A stretch of DNA of 33,020 bases from a virus (IMGVR_UViG_3300017613_003292:1-33020); one strand, 5' to 3'. Positions 1-8,790 are shown, counted from the first letter of the stretch. Translations and numbers: made by a program. Notes: generated by a model not told the origin, from the letters alone.

Positions 1-238
1 AATGTCCGTATAAGATTTTATAGTCCAGCTTTTTAAAGATTGCGTAGGTCGCTGTGTAGGCCGCGACGTATTTACAGGCTCCGATTCCGTCATAAATTTG
101 ACGAGTGTCCTCCTCTGATGTCTCGTCTAAGATTATAGCGGAGTCTGACGTTCCGTTGAGATCTATGTCCGGTATAATCTGTTCACATCCTGGTAATGTC
201 ATGGCAAGTATGATGATGATAAGGGCGATGCGTTTCAT
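1..238 (-). CDS. Putative lipoprotein, truncated at the window edge (not in the ORF track)
   Basis: Manual translation MKRIALIIIILAMTLPGCEQ..., open to base 1. Lipobox-like LPGC; AAGGAG RBS just upstream. Confidence 0.6.
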   Translation of the reverse strand, partial: MKRIALIIIILAMTLPGCEQIIPDIDLNGTSDSAIILDETSEEDTRQIYDGIGACKYVAAYTATYAIFKKLDYKILYGH

Positions 239-249
239 GGCTGTTCTCC

Positions 250-540
250 TTAGTTTGGATAGCACCATCCGTCAGCTTTTGAGACTTGTCCGTAGGGCGG
301 ACAGTCACCGCATGCGTTGGGTCGGCATCTGAGCATGTTCTCGTCACCGTATGGTTCACATCTGACTTGATCCCATGGGACTAAGTCTTCCATGTTCACA
401 AGGATTCGCCCGTCGTATTCAGTCGGCATTGTTGAGCCTGTCGATTCAGAAATGATAGCGCCGCAAAGTGTGCCGATTGCGAATGCGATGAAGATTGCGA
501 TGGCCATGTATACAGGTACGTTGTCATTGCTTCGTTTCAT
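250..540 (-). CDS. Hypothetical membrane-anchored Cys-rich protein
   Basis: Probable start MKRSND at 540 (ATGA overlap with the upstream gene's stop); N-terminal TM segment; Cys-rich C-terminus. Confidence 0.6.
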   Translation of the reverse strand: MKRSNDNVPVYMAIAIFIAFAIGTLCGAIISESTGSTMPTEYDGRILVNMEDLVPWDQVRCEPYGDENMLRCRPNACGDCPPYGQVSKADGWCYPN

Positions 541-911
541 AGGATTTCTCCTTTCAAGGCCCCTATTTTGATGAGGGCCTTTGCTAAAATTAGCCGGTGA
601 CAGAATGCCCCGGTTTTGCAAAAACAGATGAGTCTGATGCGTCTGGTATGTTCGCTGTCGATGTATCTGGTGATTTCATGCCAGTTTTTCTGATAGTTTT
701 TATATGATTCTCGAAGTCGTTTCATGTATGCTTTCTGATATTGCGCTTCGTTGATTTCGTTTTGTTTGTAGGCCATGACGATGTCCCAGCCTGGTCCAAA
801 AAGTTTAGTCCACTTTTTGGTCTTGGATTTCATGGTTATGTCCATGATATGTTCGTATGCATGGACACAGCCAAGTTCATACATTGGTCCGGTATTGACG
901 AGTAGTGGCAT
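537..911 (-). CDS. DUF488-family-like protein
   Basis: FGPGWDIV...YQKAY..RL and C-terminal RLICFCKTGAFCHRLILAKAL match the LxCxC...CHRxxLA pattern of DUF488-type proteins. Probable start MPLLVNTG at 911. Confidence 0.6.
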   Translation of the reverse strand: MPLLVNTGPMYELGCVHAYEHIMDITMKSKTKKWTKLFGPGWDIVMAYKQNEINEAQYQKAYMKRLRESYKNYQKNWHEITRYIDSEHTRRIRLICFCKTGAFCHRLILAKALIKIGALKGEIL

Positions 912-916
912 TTTTT

Positions 917-1075
917 TTATCCGTGGGTAGCCCAGATGAGTGATGATATGCACCATGCAAGACTTGATGCCCATACGAGAATTCTCTCTGTGTCTTTTTC
1001 AAATATGTTCTGTCCGATGCCGAATGATGATGTGGCTATCCCGATAGTATGTATGACAATTATAAGAGTTTCCAT
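917..1075 (-). CDS. Small hypothetical membrane protein (52 aa)
   Basis: Manual translation METLIIVIHTIGIATSSFGIG...WASSLAWCISSLIWATHG*; fills the gap between neighbouring genes. Confidence 0.45.
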   Translation of the reverse strand: METLIIVIHTIGIATSSFGIGQNIFEKDTERILVWASSLAWCISSLIWATHG

Positions 1076-1094
1076 TTTTTTATTCCTTTTTTGC

Positions 1095-1262
1095 CTATTC
1101 GTAAAAGTCTGGGTCAGTCATGGCAGATTCTTCCGCTAATTCTTCTCTACATCTGACAAATATTACGTCATACCAGTACTGGTCTTCCTCGTCCCAATAT
1201 TGTAGGACGGGGTTTGATTCGTCGCCCCATTTATCATATGTTTGAAAAAGTCTGAGTTTCAT
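1095..1262 (-). CDS. Small acidic hypothetical protein (55 aa)
   Basis: Manual translation MKLRLFQTYDKWGDESNPVLQYWDEEDQYWYDV...*; fills a gap co-directionally. Confidence 0.5.
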   Translation of the reverse strand: MKLRLFQTYDKWGDESNPVLQYWDEEDQYWYDVIFVRCREELAEESAMTDPDFYE

Positions 1263-1279
1263 TTTTTCTATCTTCCTTT

Positions 1280-1624
1280 TTAGTCGATGTCTTTTTTAAG
1301 TTCTTTTTCTATTTCTGATATATTTCCGATGAATCTGCCACAGTCATGACATTCCCAGCCGATTCCGTTGGGATGCGGCTTGAGCGTCCTGTGGTCACAT
1401 GGTTCCCTCCCATCGGAAAATTCAAGTTTGATGTAGACTTCCGGATCTTCGAATTTTCTGGCCAGTTTTAGCATGGCCTGAGCCAGTTTGTCGTCGTCGA
1501 GATCCGTAACGTCATAGCGTTTTAGAATTTCATGATTCCATTCTTCTCCAAACTGTTCATGTTCGCCGTTCCAGTAATATCCAGCCTGGAGCTGTATTTT
1601 TTCTATGGCTAGAATGCGTTTCAT
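1280..1624 (-). CDS. Hypothetical protein with C-terminal zinc ribbon
   Basis: CDH...WECHDCG motif; start overlaps the upstream stop. Confidence 0.65.
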   Translation of the reverse strand: MKRILAIEKIQLQAGYYWNGEHEQFGEEWNHEILKRYDVTDLDDDKLAQAMLKLARKFEDPEVYIKLEFSDGREPCDHRTLKPHPNGIGWECHDCGRFIGNISEIEKELKKDID

Positions 1625-1836
1625 TTTTTATTATTCTCCATATATCCAATTTTGTCTTCGAGGCTGGATATTTTGTCAGCGAGTTTTTTGATTAGTTTGA
1701 AGGCGTTGTAAATAGTTTGGTCTTCGATATCTACATCGAATTCATTGTGTGACTGCCAATAGCCACATTCTGTACAATAATATTCCGCGTCTGGGTATCC
1801 GCAACGTTTACAAGGGTTCATTTCGTGTCCCTCCAT
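1621..1836 (-). CDS. Small zinc-finger protein
   Basis: CKRCG...YYCTECG followed by a short coiled coil. Confidence 0.6.
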   Translation of the reverse strand: MEGHEMNPCKRCGYPDAEYYCTECGYWQSHNEFDVDIEDQTIYNAFKLIKKLADKISSLEDKIGYMENNKK

Positions 1837-1847
1837 GAAAAATTTTT

Positions 1848-1886
1848 TGGGACGTGATTAGCCTTAATCTGCCTAATCACGTCCCA
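1848..1886. terminator. Perfect 14-bp inverted repeat; possible intrinsic terminator or RNA processing hairpin
   Basis: TGGGACGTGATTAG (1848-1861) / CTAATCACGTCCCA (1873-1886), 11-nt loop, intergenic, with A/T tracts on both sides. Confidence 0.5.
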
Positions 1887-1935
1887 TAGTTTTTAGAGTT
1901 ATGCGTTAACTCCGGACGGTCAAGTTGTCGTCGGT

Positions 1936-2262
1936 TCAGTCGAGAAGCGTAATGACTGAACAGCTGGTTCGACCTTTGTAATTGGTTTCGGATACGATGG
2001 CGTTGAGTGAGTCGCCCTGTTTAAGATTTTTCATTTCAGAGGCGACAGCTCCAAATCCCATGATGGGTACGCTTTTCTGATAATTCACGCCGTTGAGTTC
2101 GTAGTCCAGTGTGCCGATGACTCGGACGTATTCGTTTCCGTTTTTGTCGGTCGAGACCGTTACTTTACTTACGGTCGTTGAAATTTGCCGGTCGTTTGCG
2201 ATGGCGAGACCGGTCATAAAAAGTATGGCCAGGATTGAGACGATGGTTGCGAGATATTTCAT
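1936..2262 (-). CDS. Secreted protein, possible OB-fold
   Basis: N-terminal signal peptide, then alternating beta-strand pattern with MGFGAVA...LKQGDSLNAIV. Confidence 0.65.
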   Translation of the reverse strand: MKYLATIVSILAILFMTGLAIANDRQISTTVSKVTVSTDKNGNEYVRVIGTLDYELNGVNYQKSVPIMGFGAVASEMKNLKQGDSLNAIVSETNYKGRTSCSVITLLD

Positions 2263-2332
2263 GCTGCGTATTCTCCTTTTCAGTAAACTGTAAAGTTTGG
2301 TTAGGCCCGCTTGGGTAGGTCGGGCCGTGGGT

Positions 2333-2746
2333 TTAGATCAAATCTACATCGTCTTCAAGTGAATCCAGGTCAGTCGGGTCGGGATCGGGTGGCGCTGCGT
2401 AGCGTTTTCGTTCGCCGTCAGTCAAGAGACCTTTCTTGACCGGTTTGAATTCCCTGATGATGACTTCCTTGGATTCTATAACCTTGTCTTCTTCGGTTAC
2501 CCAGTTGTTGTCTCTGGGCTGGCCGCGTTCGATTTTGAAAGACCGGTAGCCGTCGTTCCAGGCGTCTCTGAGTTCACACGCGGTAGGTCCAAAGGCCACG
2601 AACCGTGTGATCGAGCCTGTAAAATTCTCGTGCCCGACCATATGGACTGGGAGAATCCGAGCGTTGTCGGTCTTTCTGTTGTTCTCACCTTTTGGTAAGA
2701 ATTCAAAGCCAGTGTCGGCAACCCGACGGGTTCTATCGATGATCAT
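2333..2746 (-). CDS. Hypothetical protein, possibly SSB-like (OB-fold with acidic tail)
   Basis: RFVAFGPTA motif; acidic C-terminus PDPTDLDSLEDDVDLI; GGAGG RBS upstream. Confidence 0.55.
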   Translation of the reverse strand: MIIDRTRRVADTGFEFLPKGENNRKTDNARILPVHMVGHENFTGSITRFVAFGPTACELRDAWNDGYRSFKIERGQPRDNNWVTEEDKVIESKEVIIREFKPVKKGLLTDGERKRYAAPPDPDPTDLDSLEDDVDLI

Positions 2747-2889
2747 GTTTTGCCTCCTTTCGTTTGGTTTGGGGTTTTTTCTGTGGTTTCAGTCAGCCCA
2801 ACGCCATCTAAAACCACTACAAAAACAAGATCATAATAATACAAAAAATCAATACGGACTTCCTAACGGAGTGAGGCCAAGCGTCAAAG

Positions 2890-3010
2890 TTCTGATAGGT
2901 TCTGATAGGTTCTGATAGGTTCTGATAGGTTCTGATAGGTTCTGATAGGTTCTGATAGGTTCTGATAGGTTTTGATAGGTTCTGATAGGTTCTGGTGGGT
3001 TCTGGTAGGT
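2890..3010. repeat. Tandem repeat, 12 x 10 bp (TCTGATAGGT)
   Basis: Directly visible: 8 perfect copies at 2891-2970, then TTTGATAGGT, TCTGATAGGT, TCTGGTGGGT, TCTGGTAGGT. Confidence 0.95.
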
Positions 3011-3136
3011 TAATCCCGATAAGAAAAGTACGGATTGGATAGTCGCGTTGATTTGTTGCCAAAGGCAACCGGCCTTTCCGTCCCGGTGGTTTTCCTGCGG
3101 GGGTGGGTTTGATTTATTGAGAAAAGAAAAGGGGTT

Positions 3137-3445
3137 TTAGATGCTGATGCGTTTATAGTTTTTAAGTACTGCTTTATTTATGACGATTCTGTCATTCACG
3201 AGCCATTGTTCCCATTTAAATAGACCGTCTTCATTCATTGGTACTGTCGCGTGTGTTATGTCTTCTTCTGTCGGTGGCTGCGGAGTGTGGTCTATGATGA
3301 CGTTGTTTTGATATATAAAAAATCTTGCTGTTTTGTAGTTTTTAAAATTAAAAATAAAGTAAGTTTCGAGTGGTTTGATGTTTCCTTTTATGGCTGCGGT
3401 TAGGATGCTTGCCGGGATAGTATTTTTGATGGTTACTGTTTGCAT
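3137..3445 (-). CDS. Paralogous family protein (IPxxI...KPLE family), tandem copy 1
   Basis: IPASILTAAIKGNIKPLETYF...WLVNDRIVI. Confidence 0.75.
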   Translation of the reverse strand: MQTVTIKNTIPASILTAAIKGNIKPLETYFIFNFKNYKTARFFIYQNNVIIDHTPQPPTEEDITHATVPMNEDGLFKWEQWLVNDRIVINKAVLKNYKRISI

Positions 3446-3449
3446 GGTT

Positions 3450-3791
3450 TTATTTTTTTAGTACTATGTCTGAGTATGCACGCTCATCTCTTGTTATCAT
3501 GTAGTAAGAGTAGTATGATGTTATGACCTTGTCCTTTATGAGCCATAGTAGTTTGTTTTCTAATATAAATTTTTTGTTTATTGGATTATAGTTATTCATA
3601 TTATGGAAGCGTTGGCATATTATTATGCGTGCCGAAATGTATTTCACAGAGAAGACGTGCCCCTTGTGTTGGTTGTAATTTAGTGCGATGAATACTTCTA
3701 ATGGTTTTATATTATGATTATAGAATATTTCGGTTATTATAATTTTTGGTATTTTTATGTCATCTGATGAATATTTAGGAATATCAACCAT
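3450..3791 (-). CDS. Paralogous family protein, tandem copy 2
   Basis: IPKIII...NIKPLEVFIAL...WLIKDKVI. Confidence 0.75.
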   Translation of the reverse strand: MVDIPKYSSDDIKIPKIIITEIFYNHNIKPLEVFIALNYNQHKGHVFSVKYISARIIICQRFHNMNNYNPINKKFILENKLLWLIKDKVITSYYSYYMITRDERAYSDIVLKK

Positions 3792-4101
3792 TTGATTGCT
3801 CTTTTTTCGATTTTATATGTTTACATAGTGCTTTGTGTGCCATTACCTTACCATAGATTATCCATTCTTCGTGTGGAAGTATTAGTTTTGATTGATGGCC
3901 AAGATAAATATAGTAGTATTGATTGTGTTCTTTTTGAATTATGATTGATGTTTCTATGTTTATTTTATTTAGTTTCACATAGACTTCGAGTGGTTTGGTA
4001 TTCCCAAGGATGGCTGCCTCGACAATCAATGCTGGAATTGCACGGGCGTCTACGAAATGTTTTTCCATCTTTTTGTTTGCTTTTTTGAATTCTTTAGACA
4101 T
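3784..4101 (-). CDS. Paralogous family protein, tandem copy 3
   Basis: IPALIVEAAILGNTKPLEVYVKL...WIIYGKVM. Confidence 0.75.
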   Translation of the reverse strand: MSKEFKKANKKMEKHFVDARAIPALIVEAAILGNTKPLEVYVKLNKINIETSIIIQKEHNQYYYIYLGHQSKLILPHEEWIIYGKVMAHKALCKHIKSKKEQSNG

Positions 4102-4364
4102 TTATCGTAAGCATATCTTGAGATTAAAATTTTTCCGTATATTATCCATACGTCTGGATTTGGTGGATTTAGGATATTTACGACTTCTTGTTGTAGGCTT
4201 GTGCCTTTATAAATTCTAATGTATTCATACCCTTCGTTAAATTTTACAATGTATGCGATATTTTTTTTAAAATTGATTTTGTTTAAAATAAAAAAAGTGT
4301 CGAGCGGTGTGATATTTTTATTAACTACGGCTAATGTTACAATGTTTTCAGGGATTATTGTCAT
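4050..4364 (-). CDS. Paralogous family protein, tandem copy 4
   Basis: IPENIVTLAVVNKNITPLDTFFIL...WIIYGKIL. Confidence 0.75.
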   Translation of the reverse strand: MTIIPENIVTLAVVNKNITPLDTFFILNKINFKKNIAYIVKFNEGYEYIRIYKGTSLQQEVVNILNPPNPDVWIIYGKILISRYAYDKCLKNSKKQTKRWKNIS

Positions 4365-4738
4365 AGTATTTTTGATAGATGGTCATGCCAGTCTGGTGTT
4401 TCGTATACTGCTATTTTATCTTCAACGATCCAGCGTTCGTGTGGAATCAGTGACGTTCTTTTTATATCTCCAAAAAGTTGTTTGGGAAATGTCACGAACA
4501 TGAATCCCCCTTTGGCTGTGAAGATTGTTGCCATTTGATTTCTATGGTCATGGCCGTGTATTTTTAAGAATACTTCGAGTGGTTTTGTTTCTCCGTTGAT
4601 GGCCATGCGCATGATATTGTCTGGTATAATGCTGTTCATATTTTTAGGGTCTGTGAATTTTTGTAGGTAAGATGTAAAGGCCGCCATCAATAGACAATCA
4701 GCGATTATTGTCTTTGGTGTATTTTTATTTGTTTCCAT
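4361..4738 (-). CDS. Paralogous family protein, tandem copy 5
   Basis: IPDNIMRMAINGETKPLEVFLKI...WIVEDKIA; start uncertain (4738 or a later ATG). Confidence 0.7.
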   Translation of the reverse strand: METNKNTPKTIIADCLLMAAFTSYLQKFTDPKNMNSIIPDNIMRMAINGETKPLEVFLKIHGHDHRNQMATIFTAKGGFMFVTFPKQLFGDIKRTSLIPHERWIVEDKIAVYETPDWHDHLSKIL

Positions 4739-5022
4739 ATTTTGAGGCTGTTTATAAGTTGTTTGTCTATGACTATTTTTTCGGGAACTATCCAGTCTTC
4801 CCATTCATATAAATTGTTTATCGTTTTTGGAGTTTTTTTGAGAGGTGTACAAGGCTTCCATTCACATCCTGAATGGCAATTTGGCAATGTGGTGTTGAGT
4901 TCATATATATATATAAGAGATTCTTTGTAGCCTTTCATTTTTAATGTTAGGAATACTTCGAGTGGTTTTGTTTTGCCGATAATTGCGTTTATTAATATTG
5001 TCTGAGGTATGTACAGGAACAT
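4705..5022 (-). CDS. Paralogous family protein, tandem copy 6
   Basis: IPQTILINAIIGKTKPLEVFLTL...GCEW...WIVPEKIV; probable start MFLYIP at 5022. Confidence 0.7.
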   Translation of the reverse strand: MFLYIPQTILINAIIGKTKPLEVFLTLKMKGYKESLIYIYELNTTLPNCHSGCEWKPCTPLKKTPKTINNLYEWEDWIVPEKIVIDKQLINSLKIWKQIKIHQRQ

Positions 5023-5074
5023 TTGAAATACGGTTCCCCATCTTTTGTTGGTTTTAATTAATGGTTTGTATCGT

Positions 5075-5398
5075 TTATATACTATTATTTGTGTTTGATG
5101 GTTTTCCAATTTTTATAATTTTATTCCATGTGCTGAGTTTGTTGAATATTCTTAAGTTGACGGCAAATTTTTTGCCGGGCATCCATTCACATCCTGGTAA
5201 TGGCGTTGGAAGGGGGCGGTTTTTGATTATAACAGCATACGCGATGAAATTGTTGATTTTTATTCTTGTGTCTATACCGTAGACGCTGGTTTTATAGTCC
5301 TTGTCTGTAAGTGCCAGGAATGTTTCGATTGGTTTCATGTTGCCGATAAAGGCATGGTATACAATGTCTTCCGGTATTTTTATTTCTAGTGCAAGCAT
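5075..5398 (-). CDS. Paralogous family protein, tandem copy 7
   Basis: IPEDIVYHAFIGNMKPIETFLAL...GCEW. Confidence 0.75.
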   Translation of the reverse strand: MLALEIKIPEDIVYHAFIGNMKPIETFLALTDKDYKTSVYGIDTRIKINNFIAYAVIIKNRPLPTPLPGCEWMPGKKFAVNLRIFNKLSTWNKIIKIGKPSNTNNSI

Positions 5399-5400
5399 GG

Positions 5401-5988
5401 TTATAGTTTTATGTGAATTTTGGGCTGATTATCTAATGAGTGAATATAATCATTTATGTTGCCGATCTTTTTACATTGTTTTATCAGCCCGTCTGATACG
5501 TACCCACGATGTTTTCGTTTTAGATCATAGCATTCCCAGTATCCTTTTGAGTAGGAATCAGTTTTTGGATCAGCTGCTGTTTCCCGTGCTGTCTTTATAA
5601 TAAACCATTCGGTATAGACTTTTGAGTGTAGGATTCGTCTGACGATGTCTCCTCGCTGGAAAGTTTTTTTGTATTTAATGTAGCCCTTTTGTTGAAGCCA
5701 ATCGATCCAGCTTTTATCTATGCCCAAAATGAGTTTTATTTCTTCCGGGGTGACGATGAATTCACCAGATTGGTTTAGATTTCTGGATTGTACTCTGTAT
5801 GCAAAGTGTATAATTGCGGCAGGGCAGGCCTCGTCTGCCATTAATCTTCTAATGCTTACCTGTTTGATACATTCCCAGTCTTCGGGGAGGAATCCGCTAT
5901 GCCTGAAAGTCGTGTCGGGGGAAGCATGTGGGTTTTCGTAATTTACGTCGGTGTTGTTTCCTTGTGCGTCGTAGGTTTCTCCAGACAT
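5401..5988 (-). CDS. Hypothetical protein, possible winged-helix DNA-binding domain
   Basis: TPEEIKLILGIDKSWIDWLQQKGYIKY resembles a wHTH; 195-aa ORF. Confidence 0.6.
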   Translation of the reverse strand: MSGETYDAQGNNTDVNYENPHASPDTTFRHSGFLPEDWECIKQVSIRRLMADEACPAAIIHFAYRVQSRNLNQSGEFIVTPEEIKLILGIDKSWIDWLQQKGYIKYKKTFQRGDIVRRILHSKVYTEWFIIKTARETAADPKTDSYSKGYWECYDLKRKHRGYVSDGLIKQCKKIGNINDYIHSLDNQPKIHIKL

Positions 5989-5991
5989 TTT

Positions 5992-6762
5992 TTATTTTCC
6001 TTTGTTATTTTGGAAATTTAATTTTGTTGTTTTTTTACTGTCTGTAATTCTCGCGATGTCACTGAATTTGAACGTGTCAGCTTTTTCATCTTTTTTGTTA
6101 AGACGGTTTTCCATTTTATGCATGGTTTGATTCATGTCGGATATACGACTGTTGAGACGTTGCAGTTGATTGTTCTGTTCAGTGATTTTGTTTGCCAGTG
6201 ATTTGTTTTCTTTTTTGTAATGATCCAATTCTCTGGCAATGGCAAGCATGTTGAGTTCCTGTTTATTTAGGGCAATCTTTCCTTCCTCGTCGGTTTTCGT
6301 TACCTGGTCTTCCAGGTCTTTCATGTGGGCCATGATACCACGGCCGATGGTTACGTAGCCGATTCTGACATCAGCTGGGTCTTGGTGTTGCTTGTCAGGG
6401 GTAGCTTGAGAATTGTGGTTTCTTTTATTATCATCCGTAGTTTTCGATTCCTGCGCAGGCTGGGATGGAGTCTCCTTTTCCGTAACCTGCGGTTTTTTTT
6501 CCTGTGGTGTGCCGGGTTCTTTTGTTTGTCGTTTGAATGTATAAAGGGCATGTCTGTCGATATCTCGACCGACATTGACGATATGGGCGTTTGTTGCTTT
6601 CGTCTGGCCGCCAAGAAAGACACGCACTTGTTGAAGCGTCACACCCATTCCGCGCCGTCTGCAATTGTTATAGAAGTCCAGGGCTGTGAAATTTTTACGT
6701 TCGCGCATGTCATAGAGTGGTACCCAGTACTTTGATCTTTTTGAAATTGGTGTTTTTACCAT
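5992..6762 (-). CDS. Hypothetical protein with C-terminal coiled coil
   Basis: 256 aa; low-complexity linker, then heptad-like segment; GGAG RBS. Confidence 0.75.
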   Translation of the reverse strand: MVKTPISKRSKYWVPLYDMRERKNFTALDFYNNCRRRGMGVTLQQVRVFLGGQTKATNAHIVNVGRDIDRHALYTFKRQTKEPGTPQEKKPQVTEKETPSQPAQESKTTDDNKRNHNSQATPDKQHQDPADVRIGYVTIGRGIMAHMKDLEDQVTKTDEEGKIALNKQELNMLAIARELDHYKKENKSLANKITEQNNQLQRLNSRISDMNQTMHKMENRLNKKDEKADTFKFSDIARITDSKKTTKLNFQNNKGK

Positions 6763-6958
6763 GATGGTCTCCTTTTTTGTTTGTTTTTAAATGGGTGTCT
6801 CCATGTTTATGTTTTTGATGTTCTGGGTGGCTTTGACTGTTTGAATAGTTTGGAAACCTTATGCTGCCTGAGTTATTTTTTTTAAAGGTTTTCTGGTTAT
6901 CTTCATCTCATTGTTTTTTGCTTTTACTGCTTGGGTATATAGGTTTTACTGGCTTATA

Positions 6959-7267
6959 CTATTCGGTTTCATCTTCTATCATTGATAAATCCTGTTCCGG
7001 TGCTGGTGGTCGACCTTTATACCATTTCCCTTTCGGACATCTTTGGAGTTCGAATATAGACACGGGATTTGTCCCCGCTGTGCATATCGTCACATCCGGA
7101 AGGATATCATCAGATGATAACTCTTTAATACAGTAGTCACAGACATGGTCGAGTATTAGGCATTTGTAACCTGTGTCTTTGGACTCAATTTCTTCAGGGA
7201 TACCAATTGACACTTCTCCGTCTGAAATGTTGAGTGATATGCCTTTGGTTTTTGGTATGTCGTTCAT
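6959..7267 (-). CDS. Hypothetical Cys-containing protein
   Basis: C..HVCDYC...C...CP pattern; 102 aa. Confidence 0.65.
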   Translation of the reverse strand: MNDIPKTKGISLNISDGEVSIGIPEEIESKDTGYKCLILDHVCDYCIKELSSDDILPDVTICTAGTNPVSIFELQRCPKGKWYKGRPPAPEQDLSMIEDETE

Positions 7268-7436
7268 AATTTTTAGGGATGTTGGTTGCCTATTTTTGAA
7301 TGAAATAAAAAATTTGCGACTTTACGGGTGTCTCGGGTCTGGTGTTTTTAAATTTATGTTTTTTTTGTGAATGCCTATGGCACGATGGTTTTTTAACTAT
7401 TAGCTCTTGTGTGGTGGGTGTCTGCAAACAAATGGC

Positions 7437-8264
7437 TTAAATTTTTTTGCCCTGTCTTTTAATCTCCTTTATTATCATGTTGTTTAATCGTTTATTTCTT
7501 TTCATTTCGAGGATTTTTGATAAATCTTTTGAAGATTGACGGTAATGAACGTTTTTCTTTTTTAACATTTTGTTCAAGGCTTCTTCAATTTTGTAGTGAC
7601 TATGATATTCGAATAACCTTAGAATGGTGCCACAATTCCTATTAATTCTGTCTTTAAGTGTCTCTTCGGAAAACACTTTGAAATTTTTTTTATTGTAGTC
7701 TTTTAATGAATGTTCGGTTATCCTGAGATTTTTTATGAATGTCCATATTATGTCATAATAATATGCTAAATAGTCAGGATTGTTAGCTTTTTTTAAATGG
7801 ATTGAAATTTGGGTTTCTAAGTTAAAAATAGCTTTGGCGTTATTTTTTTGTAGTGATATCTTTTTAGATAGAAAACTTTTCAATCCAGGCACTGGCTTGA
7901 TTTTTTTGTTCTTTTTTGTTATTTCGAAATAATCAAGAAGTGATAACCTGGTATAATTTGCAATGACTTCCATGATGTCTATCCACCAGAGGACTTTTCT
8001 GGCATTTGAAACCATTTTATCGTAAGATTTTGATATGTACTCATCATTTAATTCTACTCGGCATAAAATTGTGCCCGGTGCGTAAAAGTATGCATCGAGA
8101 ATCCTTTTTGACGCATGCATGCCGTTGTTGCATAGGATAATTTTCCCTTCTGAGTAAAACCATTTGTTCAGTTTTACTTTTCGTCCATCTTTGTATCCTA
8201 GTCGTTTGGTGTTTCGTAAGAAATGCCATGCTTTAATTTTTTTTCTGATTGGTTTGTTTGCCAT
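7437..8264 (-). CDS. Phage hypothetical protein; N-terminal domain possibly ADP-ribosyltransferase-like
   Basis: AWHF...CNNGMHAS...DAYFYAPGTILCRVEL...DKMV motif series, followed by a basic helical domain. Confidence 0.7.
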   Translation of the reverse strand: MANKPIRKKIKAWHFLRNTKRLGYKDGRKVKLNKWFYSEGKIILCNNGMHASKRILDAYFYAPGTILCRVELNDEYISKSYDKMVSNARKVLWWIDIMEVIANYTRLSLLDYFEITKKNKKIKPVPGLKSFLSKKISLQKNNAKAIFNLETQISIHLKKANNPDYLAYYYDIIWTFIKNLRITEHSLKDYNKKNFKVFSEETLKDRINRNCGTILRLFEYHSHYKIEEALNKMLKKKNVHYRQSSKDLSKILEMKRNKRLNNMIIKEIKRQGKKI

Positions 8265-8790
8265 TTTTGTTTTCCTGTTTTTGGGATACTTTCAAGATTA
8301 GTCTGCCATTTACTTCTTCAAGGATGCCTGTCACTGAATTATTTTCTAAAAACGTTTGGTTTTCTGTCAGTATAATGGTAATTTTGCCAGCATGATATTC
8401 ACGGTTGCCATTTTTAATGTCATAAGATTTGTTTTTTACAACTAAGGTTATCTTGTCCCCTTTGAACAATTCCGGCGCGTTTGCCATGACTTTTGATGTT
8501 AATGCATCGACGTAGTAATCAGCTGATCTTCCGTATGCCCGGTATGCGAAGAATGCTAATGGTTGTATGTAACCGACGCTGTAGTTGATCAGTTTCATTG
8601 TATTGTTTGCTGCCACCATGACCCGGATGCCTCTTTTCACGGTCACCCAGTCTCTCGCATCTTGTGCGGGCCAGGTGCCGAACATTGCGGTTTGGAACGC
8701 TTCTTCACATATGAACAGACTGAATGTGACGATGCCTGCAATTGTAAGATAGGCAAATAGAACTTTGAAGAAATTTTTAAGGACGGTCAT
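8233..8790 (-). CDS. Hypothetical membrane protein
   Basis: N-terminal hydrophobic segment VLFAYLTIAGIVTFSLFIC; 185 aa. Confidence 0.75.
   Translation of the reverse strand: MTVLKNFFKVLFAYLTIAGIVTFSLFICEEAFQTAMFGTWPAQDARDWVTVKRGIRVMVAANNTMKLINYSVGYIQPLAFFAYRAYGRSADYYVDALTSKVMANAPELFKGDKITLVVKNKSYDIKNGNREYHAGKITIILTENQTFLENNSVTGILEEVNGRLILKVSQKQENKNGKQTNQKKN

Noticed and set aside
2817-3068. 83-aa ORF with repeated PIRTYQNLSE
   Set aside because: It is the 10-bp tandem repeat read through in one frame (30-nt period); no convincing RBS; probably not a gene.
182-5202. 17-nt exact match TTCACATCCTGGTAATG at 182-198 and 5186-5202
   Set aside because: Both encode LPGCE in otherwise unrelated proteins; the length is borderline for chance in a window of this size and nothing extends it.
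6193-6201. Exact match of array spacer tgccagtga elsewhere in the window (possible self-target)
   Set aside because: A single 9-mer match is expected by chance with more than 20 spacers in 33 kb, and the flanking 9-mers do not match either neighbouring spacer. I could not search exhaustively by eye.
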